Translations under genes and position numbers: made by a program | Origin: Squalus acanthias | Taxonomy: Eukaryota | DNA length: 64,000 bases | Direction of reading: 5' to 3' | Assembly (NCBI GenBank): GCA_030390025.1 | Contig: JASTWF010000033.1 | Span: forward strand, 994,001-1,058,000 | The notes under the pieces: generated by a model | What the model was told of the DNA's origin: nothing | The model's database searches: none | Seen by the model: the letters and a program-made list of their open reading frames with translations, nothing else | Part shown: positions 49,900 through 59,927 of the stretch, piece by piece | Layout: every line of letters starts with the position of its first letter | How positions within the stretch are numbered: position 1 is the stretch's first letter

Positions 49900-51343
49900 G
49901 TCTTGCACGATAACCACTGAACCAGAACTAAATAGACATCTCAATATCCCAGCCCTACACGAAAACGTCTTTGCGCCAACCCCAGACCGACTCGCAACTG
50001 AGACGGCCATTCACCGAAAACCCTGCGAACCAGATTTAATGCAGATACTCCACTGACCCGAAGCTACACCGACACACCAGTAACCCAGCAATATAGCGAC
50101 ACCAATCACCGAACCCTGCACCGTACCTCCACTAACACAGCCATATACCAAGACCCAACTGCTGAAACCCGACACCGAAACACAACTGACCCATAACTAC
50201 ACCGGTATACCTCATACCCTGTCCTGCGCTGACACACCATTCACTCAGACGCGATACCGAGACCCGACTGAAGCAGCCGTACACCGACACCCACTGACTC
50301 AGACCTACAACGAAACTCCACTGACCGAGTCCACACATACACATCCCTGACCCAGCATACCTCGAAACCACATTGAGCCATTGCTACACAGACAATACAT
50401 AGACTCTGCAATCAGCAAGACCTAGCCTGAGGCACCACTGACCCAGCCCTACACCAACAAACCACTGACACAGCCCTGACCGACACCGTAATAACACAGA
50501 CCTGTATTGACTCCCACTGACGCAGCACTAAACGGGAACACCACCGACAAAGTACAAGAGCCCACTGACACAGACCTAAAACGATAAACCACCGACCCAA
50601 TCCTAAACAGAAACCCCGAAGACACAGCCCCACACCAACACCCCAGTGACCCAGCCCCACACCCAACTGATCCAGCCCCACACCCCACTGAACCATAAAA
50701 GCACCTCACTGATCCAGCCTCACACGCCACTGACTCAGCCCCACATCCCACTGACCCAGCCCCACATCCCACTGACCCAGCCCCACACCCCAATGACCCA
50801 GCCTCACAATCCATTGATACAGACCCACACCCCACTGACCCAGCCCGACAACCCACTGACCCAGCCCCACACCCCACTGACCCAGCCCCACACCCACACT
50901 GACCCAGCCCCACACCCAGACCGACCAGGACCCACACCCCACTGACCCAGCCCCACACCCCACTGACCCAGGGCCACACCCCACTGACCCAACCCCACAC
51001 CCCTCTGACCCAGCCCCACACCACACTGACCCAGCCCCACACCCCTATGACCCAGCCCCACACCCCACTGACCCAGCCCCACACTCCACTGACCCAGCCT
51101 CGCAATCCATTGATCCAGCACTATAGCAACAGCCCTCTCTCCAAGCCCTTAACGACACCCATTGAACCAGCCCTACACAGAAACCCCACTGACACAGACC
51201 ACACATCCCACTGACACATGGCAACACCAAAGATCCACTGACCCAGACCTACACAGACACCCACTGATCCAGTTCGTACATTCCATGATACTTCCCAAAA
51301 CCGAAAACCAATGGGTCCAGCCTTACGCAGACATTTCACTGAC
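49900..51343. repeat. C/A-rich 21-bp minisatellite (CCCCACTGACCCAGCCCCACA)
   Basis: Homogeneous at ~50640-51110, degenerate on both sides. Confidence 0.9.
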
Positions 51344-52541
51344 TGTAAGGGGTATCGTAATGGGGTCAGCCTTCGCTTTCTGACACAGTGAGCGGTTCGA
51401 ATCGCTCCCACACCCCTCCGGTGCCTAGACTTTTGGCTTATTTAGGGGTTGTGAACAAAATTGCAGTAAACAGGTTCTGATGAAAGAATTTTACTTTATT
51501 AAAAGAAAAAGGTAACAAACTTGAAACACACTTATTATTTAAACACAGATTCGGGGAACACACGGTACAAGCGAGGGAAATGACAATATATCAAACAAAA
51601 CCTTATCCCTCCCAAAGATCCCACTATCTGGCTAGGTTTTTGGTTTCAGGAGATCAGGGATAATGCTCACCAACGAATCCTTGACAGGATATTAGAGTCT
51701 TTTGTTTAACAGGAGTCCGTATGGCCCTTGTTGCTGCGAGGTGTCCGATGGTCACTGAGGTAGTCGCTCTGGTTTCTTCTTGCGTGCTGGCCTTCTTCCA
51801 CGTGGCTTGTGGTAGGTTTTGCTGGAGCAGGGAGAGAGCTGTGTCCGCGTCGTCAGCCAGTCCGAAAGAGAGAGAAATTATGGCACAGGCTCTCAAATTA
51901 TACTGCTTCTTTTTCGCGCCCAAAAAACCCTTACTAAAACGAATTCCTTTTGATTATAAATGAGCCGTGCTTAGTCCAATTGTCTAGTTTTTGGCGAGCT
52001 TGCCAGTTCCGATGGTTTTTGCTTAGTGTTAAACATGACTTGCTCGTTTTCCGATTTAAACACAGCCTTATCTACGCGCCAAATCTCCACCCTATTGTCC
52101 TAGGTCTGTTGGCGGGCTTTTAAATCTGTTATGTGGATACCTGGTTGATTGTTTTTTTTGATGGGATAATGGCTATGAAACTGTGTCATCGACGTTTTAT
52201 TGCCATTGAATCGTTTTTAGATTTCCAGCATCTTGTTTGCCCCTGGGGATCCATTTTTGAATGTGTTTGTGAGTTTTTGCTTTGTCTCAAACAATTCCCA
52301 GACAGCTTGATCTGTTCACTGCCCGGCCACGCCCCTCGTAGCTTGTGTCTTTGAAAAGGTGTCTCTCCCAACAGTAAGATTCAAAAACATCAATTTCCTC
52401 AGGTTTTTGTTCCCTGATCTTTAGGTTTTTACATCAAATCACTTCACGTAGACCCCATCATCCCAAGTTTGTATGAAAAGTCCAAAAATCACTCCCTTTA
52501 GGGCTCTGTCCGAGTTTCTGGGGTATTTGGCGAAGCCTACA
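51344..52541 (-). repeat. 3' LTR (~1198 bp)
   Basis: Minus strand TGTAGG...CCCCTTACA; homologous to 58806-59927; AATAAA at 51495-51500 (minus). Confidence 0.92.
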
Positions 52542-52552
52542 TCCCCCACTTT
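52542..52552 (-). promoter_or_regulatory. Polypurine tract
   Basis: AAAGTGGGGGA directly precedes the TG of the 3' LTR on the minus strand. Confidence 0.85.
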
Positions 52553-52824
52553 GATACTAACACTGAATTAGTATCATTAACAGGTGAGCAAAATTTCCGA
52601 TCCCCGAAAACCAACCTTCCCCTGTATAACCTAAACTAAAAAACCAAACATTCATTCCCCTTTTGAAAGTGGTGTTTCAGGTACATACAGGTAAGAATCA
52701 ATCTTTATTTCACATCCAAGCACGGAGAGTGTCCGACACCCCTGCACAGCTTGGAAAAAACACATCATACACATCATAAAAATGACACAACACACATACA
52801 ATTTTTTTTAGTAAAAGACAAAAT

Positions 52825-55175
52825 TCAAGGTTCGATCCATCCCTGGCCATAGCCTTTATTTTGATGCACTTCCCACGTCCCTTCGTGTCTGGAGCGGAGC
52901 TCCCCGTCCCTTCCCCTGCACTTTGTACACAGCAGGTAGAGAACTATCCCGAGCTGGCAGACCACCAAAAGATGGGAAGCCATCCTGATCCAGGACGGTA
53001 CCGCTATATTCTCGAAAATATCCCACCAGAGTGGAACTACTATATCCAAAATCTCAGCGCCTATTTCAACTGTTTTCTGTTCCAGGGTGTAGAAATGTTT
53101 TTGTGAAATCTCTACAGCTTTAAGTAGGATGGTAAGATGTTCGGGTAGAGGGGGAATTTTATATCCAAAGTAAGTCACATACTTTTGCAGGTTGGTGATG
53201 TTTTCTGTTACAGTGAAGTGAACAGTGGAGGATTCAGGAATAGGGACCATCCGTTCCTGGGCCACTTGAACTTCTGCCTCGGGTTTAAAGCAGAAACTGC
53301 TGTCACTTACCGGACACCAGAAGTGTCCATGCTGGTAGTGGGACGCCCCTGTGGTGAAACAATATGTCCCACCCACCTATATATGCTACCTGTGGGGAAA
53401 AATGGCCGTGTGCCATCACCTCCATGGTACAATTGATAGGTCGTGCGCCAGCAGCTTTAAACCCGCACTGTGGTTTGGAATTGGCGTTCAAGTGCTGGGG
53501 ACACAGTATTATGTGTGAACCCCGGCTCCGGCACCCGGAGAGGTCAGTACCTGTCATGGCGTGCTCCCACTTTATGACATAAGGTGGCACCGCTGTAAAA
53601 CGGATGTGTGCACCCCCTTGAACGACTCCAATGTTCTCCACCCTGTATACCGGTAAGGGTCGGGCTGTCCCACTCATGATCGGTATTCTCACTACTGTCC
53701 CATGATAGTGTCATTTGAACGCCCACAATCTATTGGGACAGGGTAGGCTTCAGAGGCTAGACGAAATTGGCATGGGCTCAGCGAATTACTAAACGGGTGG
53801 AGGGCTGCAAGGTGCTTGTTGCTGATCCAGGAGGGGACTACACCTTGCTTTAAATCCTCAAGGTTGCTATGGCCCTCGCCCAGCAACCACGCCCCGTACA
53901 GCACACACACCTCATTCTGTGCAGCCTGATCCGATGCATTCCTTTCCTCCCGTATGAGTGCATTTACTGTTTTGGCATGCCTTTCCAATTCTGCAATGAT
54001 TTCCTTTAAATGAACCGTCATAGCTTGGTTCTCATGTACCTCTGAGCCTACCGCTGAGTTCTCATCCTTCAGGATCTTTCTTAACTGTGTTTTTAAACCA
54101 TTTATCTGTGTCTGTAATTCCATGTCATCCAGGCTAACTATTACAGAGGACCCTGTACTAAAGGCAGTGAAGACATCATATCATTCCAGGCTCCCCTTCT
54201 TTGTCTACCCGTGCCCATATGGTTCTCAGGGTGTATTCTTATAGCTCTACTTTGTCTATATTGGCAAAATCAAATTTGTAAAATTTCCTAAACATTTCTT
54301 TTAGCAGGGCCTGGTACAGCTGCTCCGGCTCCTTAGGACACCACTCAGGTAAGTATTAAGTTTTAATATTACTGAAGCTACTGCATAGTGTACCCCCTGG
54401 TATAGTACCTTTTCGGTTGGTACTAGGACTAACCCATTCCCTGGTCCCTTGGTGGTGGTAGGGCACTTTTCTCCAGGGTTTTCGGTACCCGGGTCGTGGG
54501 TAGGGGCATTCGGGTGTGTGCCACGAGTTCAGTGGCATTAACTGGGACCGGAATGTGTGGGACCACGCACCCATGCAGGCTAGAATCCCACCCTATCCCC
54601 TGCCTGGCATCCTGCCATTGGCTGGAGAAGATGATGGATACCCCTGTGGGACAGGCTTTCTCTGATCCCCACATACAAACATAGACTCCGTGTTCCGACC
54701 CCCACCACTTATCCCAACAAACACTAACTCCTCCTTGGGTCCCTGTGATTGTCCGGTGGGTGTCGTTCCCTAATCTTTCCCAATCGGCTGTATGGTCCCC
54801 TGCGTCCCTGCTCAGCTTCCTGAGCCACCACCGCCTATTCAGGGGAATTCGTCCCTTACAGGTAAGGCACACACGCTTCCCCTCGGTGACACTGACCCCT
54901 GTGGCAACGACCTGTATTCTGGGGCATGGGAGGGAGGCCTCCCCGTACATGAACTCGGGCTGGTTGAAGTATTTAGTAGAGTTGGACCCCAGCCACCCTG
55001 GCCACCTTCCCTCGTGGAAGTAGATGGCGAGCTCCTCCACTCCCCGCTCGCCACCCCCTGCGGTGACGACTGGTGCTCTCACTCCTGAGCACCCATAGAT
55101 GTGGGAGTCCTCCACGTCACCTCGGTCACCGATGCTCACCCCTACCAGGGCGAGCAGGAACAGAAACCTTGTCAT
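52825..55175 (-). pseudogene. env: env: signal peptide, Ig-like domain, then class-I F-type fusion protein (several frameshifts/stops)
   Basis: MTRFLFLLALVGVSIG; Ig motif; GLVLVPTEKVLYQGVHYAVASVILKL..EWCPKEPEQLYQALL; RQRR (54206-54195) then GAWNDVFTAFSTGSSVIVSL; heptad ELQTQINGLKTQLRKIL; Cys-rich DLSGC..LCP..QCG..NCTM..YCF..WCP..FCF; TM ending VVCQLGIVLYLLC. Confidence 0.85.
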
Positions 55176-55188
55176 TCCGAAGTCCTTT

Positions 55189-55210
55189 CTGTAGGGGAAC
55201 ACACAAAACA
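55189..55210 (-). promoter_or_regulatory. Candidate env splice acceptor
   Basis: TGTTTTGTGTGTTCCCCTACAG ends 13 nt upstream of the env ATG at 55175. Confidence 0.6.
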
Positions 55211-55377
55211 TATATCCATGTCCCAGAAAGGTTCTCTGGCTGGATGATTAATCAAGCCCTTAAACTTAAAAAAAACTCTACAAACAACTAAACTAATGAT
55301 AACCCATAACCACCAAAACTGCAATTAATTAAAACCGAAAATTCTGTACATTTGCCGCCAGTCTCCGGACGGCCAGG

Positions 55378-58300
55378 TTAAATCCGGTTTAGTCTCTGCC
55401 TTATGTGGCCTCTGGATGGCTTGTACACCTGGGTGTAGTGCGGCCTGTACCGCCGGACCCAGACGGCCTTCCTCAAAACCGCTGGGGGTATCTTATCATC
55501 CCAGCTGCGTCCTGTGCTGCAGCACACTACCCCCTTTGGTGTGGCTGCAGCGCCCTCGTTCATATCTGTGAGCTCCTCCCAGCCTGAGGCTGCAGGCGGG
55601 GGACCCTTCTCTCTCTTTCTTCTCCCAGTACTACCTCTCCTGTGAAACCCTCACTGTTGGAGGCTGTAGGCTGGGAATCCCCAACTTTAGAACGCTCCCT
55701 GCTCTTGGGCGCTCTTAATCGGGTTGTAACCCTCTTTGGGTGGGACCCTCTAAACAGATACACCTGTGGCCACAGTAGCCTTTGCTGTGGTGTGCGGGGA
55801 AACCTTCCAAGGGCTCTGGCCACTGGGGGTGTGCTTGAGTCCCACATAATCGGTGGAGTGACCTCTCCTGTGAGACAACACACTGTCCCTCCCGCTGCAG
55901 CTTGTGCGTCTCCCACAGCTGCGGCTGGCTGCGGATTTCTAACTTGCAGCCCATCCAGCTTTGCCGGCTGTTCCAATTTAGGTTTAAACAGTTTGCATTG
56001 GTTGATGTGAAACCACTTTGTACGGCGAGGTATCTTTATGGCATAGACCATGGGGCTTGCCTTGTCTATAATGTTGTAGGGCCCCATGCACAATGGTTCG
56101 AAAATCCCTACCCGGGCAAAATTTCTCACCATGACCTGATCTCCAACCTTCCACTCGTGGTGCTTGCGGGGTTCCAGCAGCAATCGGTAACCCCGATGCT
56201 GTTTTCCCATGTTACTCGCAGCCTGCCAGTGGACCTGTTTAAGGTGGTCCAACAGATTCCTGACGAATCTGTCCCGGTTCACCTCCCTGAGCTGCCCTTC
56301 CGTGAGCACCGGGGCTAGCACATGGGTGGGGGCCGCGTAACCCTGCCAGTCATGAGCTGGTGTGGGGAATACCCTGTGCTTTTTGAATGGCTGGCCCGGA
56401 TCCCCATTAGGACCAACGGTAAGGCTTCTACCCACTTTTTGGGCGAGTCTCCCATCTCCTTTCGCAGCCTTTCTTTGATGGTACAGTTTAAACGCTCCAC
56501 AATCCCTGATGACTGTGGGTTGTGGGCGACGTGCCATTTCCCTTCTATGCCGAGTACCCTGAGGGTCTCTTGCATGACCTGCCCAGTAAAGTGACTCACC
56601 TGGTCTGACTCCACATACTGTGGAAGCCCCCATCGTGAGAACACGTCCCTGACCAGGATCCTGGCTGTACCCAAAGCGGTAGCTGTTCGACATTTAAAAG
56701 CTTCCACCCTATTTGAGAACACATCCACCAGGACTAGGCATTATTTGCAGCCTCCCTGAGCGGTGGGTAGCGGCCCGATGTAGTCGACCTGAATCGACTG
56801 CCATGGTCCCTCTACCCTCCTGATGTGTCCCATAGATACCTTCTTTTTCTGGGGGTCAGGGTTGTTGGCAGCACAAACCAGACAGCCTGCACAGAACTCG
56901 CGGACATCCTCCCTCAGTCCTGGCCACCATCCTGCCTGTTCCAACCGCTGCCAGGTGGTTTCAGGCCCGGGCTGCCCTGCTCCTGGTCCCGCATGGGCCA
57001 GTTGGATGAATTCCCTTCGGTGCTGCTGCGGCACTACCCAATGTTCCCCCCTGAACAGCATTCCTTCTTTGTGGGTGATGGCTGCTGCGCCGTATGGGCC
57101 CTCGACCTTCTCCCCTTTAGCCAGCGTTTCCAGGACAGTTTTTAGGATGGGATCCTGTGCCTGGGCCGTCTTTAGGTCCGGGGTCAATGCTACCCCTGCA
57201 CTCCCTTGGGTCCCTCTTCTACCTCTGATTGCTGCTACCGGTTTTGATCCATATGGATCCCAAAACGTGCCTGGACTGGCGCCCTCTTTGGCCAGCATGT
57301 CGGCTTGGTGATTGCCCTCTGCGCGGGGCTCTACCTTGGAATGGGCCTTCACCTTTTGGTTGTAGACCCTACCTTCCTCCACTACTGCCCTCATGATTTT
57401 CTCCAACAGAGTCTTGATGGCCAGGGGTCTCCCATCAGCGGAGGTGTATCCACGACGGGACCAGATGGCCAGGTACTCTTTACACGAATTGCACGTGAAC
57501 ATGCTGTCGGAGCAAATCGTGTATGGGGTAGGGAATTCCTCGGGGTGTGTGACTACATACACCACCGCAGAAAGTTCAGCCTGCTGGGCACTCATGGTGC
57601 TGGGAAGCTTTATTTCCAGAGCAATGCCTGCCTCTGGGTCATAAATCCCACACCCTGTGAGTCGTTTTCCAGCTGATACTGTGCTCGAAACGTCCACATA
57701 GATTTCGCGGCCTGTGGGGTGTATCCCAGCTCGCAAACCAATGTTGACTTCCCATTCCCCTTCAACGGAACACCGGTGGGCTGTCCCTGAGTAAATCATG
57801 TTAGCTGCGAGCTTTGGCTCGCAGAGACCTTTTACCCTCAGATCCATTTGTGAGAGAAGCAGGGTCCATCGAGCAATGCGGGCACTGCTCACTGTCCCAT
57901 CTTTAATTCTCCCATCCAAGAGCATCTGGGTGGGCGTGTGGTGAGTGAGGAGTGTGATGCGAGAGGTGCCTGTGAAGATCAATGATCTTTTCACAGCCCA
58001 GTGAGTGGCTAGGAGGTGCCTCTCACAGTTGGAGTAGCTCCACTCCACATCAGTGGGTATTCTGGAGGAATAAACAACTGGTCTCAGCTTGCCATGCCTC
58101 TCTTGGAGCAGTACTGCACTCAGATTGTCCCCACTGGCTGCTACCTCCAGAGAAAAACTCTTCCCCTCCATCAATGTCCCCTAGAGCCGGAGCGGTCTGC
58201 AGATCTCTCTTGAGTTTCAGAAAGGCAGCCTCACAACCCTCATCCCAAACCCACTCCACTCCCTTTTGTAGGAGTCGGAGCAGAGGGGCTGCTGTGGCTG

Positions 58301-58750
58301 CGTAATCCTCAATGAAATCTCTGCAGTATGCAGTTAGCCCTAGAAAAGACATTACTCCTGTAACTGTGTTGGGGGCTGGTAACTCCTGAACTGCTTCCCT
58401 TCTAGCTTTGTCAATGGCCCTCTCCCCTGCTCGCACAGCCAGTCCCAGGAATTTGACTTCCTGCCGGCCAATCTGTGCCTTCTTGGGGTTTACTTTAAAG
58501 CCCTCTTGCCTGAGCAGTTCCAGCAGTTCTGCCAGAAGGGGGCCATGTTCCTCTCCCTCATCGGTAAAGAGGAGTAGGTCGTCCACATACTGGACCAGCT
58601 GATGGGGCCTGCTGAAGCCCTTCAAGCAATTCGCCATACATTGGTGAAAAATGCTTTGGCTGTTGTGGAAACCCTGGGGCAGACAGTTCCATGTGTACTG
58701 TTGGCCTTTAAATGTAAAGGCGAACTTGTACTGATCCTCTCTCCTCAAAA
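55378..58750 (-). pseudogene. pol: pol: 5'-truncated RT, tether, RNase H, integrase with GPY/F motif and a long C-terminal tail
   Basis: FAFTF..LPQGFHNS..QYVDDLLL; SAVLLQ..RPVVYSSR..RIARW; IYVD..SAQQAEL..SDS..KAH..GN..AD; CLVC, QVDYIGPLP, ESDQ, SSGIVERLN, GPYNI. Frameshifts near 58165 and 56330, stop at 56741. Confidence 0.92.
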
Positions 58751-58787
58751 CCAGCAGTTACTGCTTCACAACCCTTTCGCCAAAGTA

Positions 58788-58802
58788 CTGCTGCGGTCGC
58801 CA
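58788..58802 (-). promoter_or_regulatory. Primer binding site (possibly tRNA-Ser type)
   Basis: TGGCGACCGCAGCAG lies 3 nt inside the 5' LTR end (..TTACA TAA TGG). Confidence 0.7.
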
Positions 58803-58805
58803 TTA

Positions 58806-59927
58806 TGTAAGGGGTATCTTAAGTGAGCGGTTCGAATCGACCAACACCCCTCCGGTTCCTAGACTTTGGGCTTATTTAGAAGTTGTGAACAAAATTGCAG
58901 TAAACAGGTTCTGATGAAAGAATTTTACTTTATTAAAAGAAAAAGGTAACAAACTTGAAACACACTTATTATTTAAACACAGATTCGGGGAACACACGGT
59001 ACAAGCGAGGGAAATGACAATATATCAAACAAAACCTTATCCCTCCCAAAGATCCCACTATCTGGCTAGGTTTTTGGTTTCAGGAGATCAGGGATAATGC
59101 TCACCAACGAATCCTTGACAGGATCTTAGAGTCTTTTTGTTTAAAAGGACTCCGGAAGGCCCTTATGGTTTCTTCTTGTGTGCTGGTCTTCTTCCTGATG
59201 GCTTGTGGTAAGTTTTGCTGGAGCAGGGAGAGAGCTGTGTCCGCGTCGCCAGTCAGTCCAAAGAGAGAGATTATGGCACAGGCTTTCAAATTATACTGTT
59301 TCTTTTTTGCGCTCAAAAACCCCTTTCTAAGACGAATTCCTTTTTGAATGTAAATGAACCTTGCTTCGTCCAATTGTCCAGTCCCTGGCGGGCTTGCCAG
59401 CTCCGATGGTTTTTGCTTAGTGTTAATCGCTTTCCGATTTAAACACCGCCTTATCTACGTGCCAAATTTTCACTCCACTCTATTGTCCTTCTGTTGGCGG
59501 CCTTTTAAATCGGTTCTCTGGATACCTGGTTGATTGATTTTTTTGGATGGGATAATGGCTATGAAACTGTGTGATCAAAGTTGTATTGTCATTGAATCGG
59601 TTTTAGATTACCAGCATCTTGTTTGCCCCTGGGAATCCATATTTGAATGTGTTTGTGAGTTTTGCATTGACTCAAACAATTCAAAGATAGCTTGATCCGT
59701 TCACTGACCGGCCACGCCCCTCGCAGCTTGTCTGTGAAAAAAAACGTCTCTCCCAACAATAAGATTTAAAAAAAATCAGTTTCCTCAGGTTTTCTTCTTG
59801 TGATCTTTAGGTTTTTACATCAAATCACTTCACTGAGGTCCCATCATCCAAAGTTTGTATGAAAAGTCCAAAAATCACTCCCATTAGGGCTCTGTTCGAG
59901 TTTCTGGGGGATTTTGCGATGCCTACA
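58806..59927 (-). repeat. 5' LTR (~1122 bp)
   Basis: Homologous to 51344-52541, with TG..CA ends. Confidence 0.92.

Larger units (their letters stand above)
51344..59927 (-). mobile_element. Defective endogenous retrovirus (lokiretrovirus-like): LTR-PBS-[gag/pro deleted]-pol-env-PPT-LTR
   Basis: Paired TG..CA LTRs, PBS, PPT, retroviral pol domain order and an F-like env. Confidence 0.9.

Noticed and set aside
50449..51121. Keratin-associated-like Gly/Cys/Trp-rich ORFs
   Set aside because: Product of the 21-bp minisatellite.
51654..51923. Short ORFs shared by both LTRs (also 59101..59373) as a possible accessory gene
   Set aside because: Non-ATG starts, indels between copies and no recognisable motif; the similarity is explained by LTR duplication.
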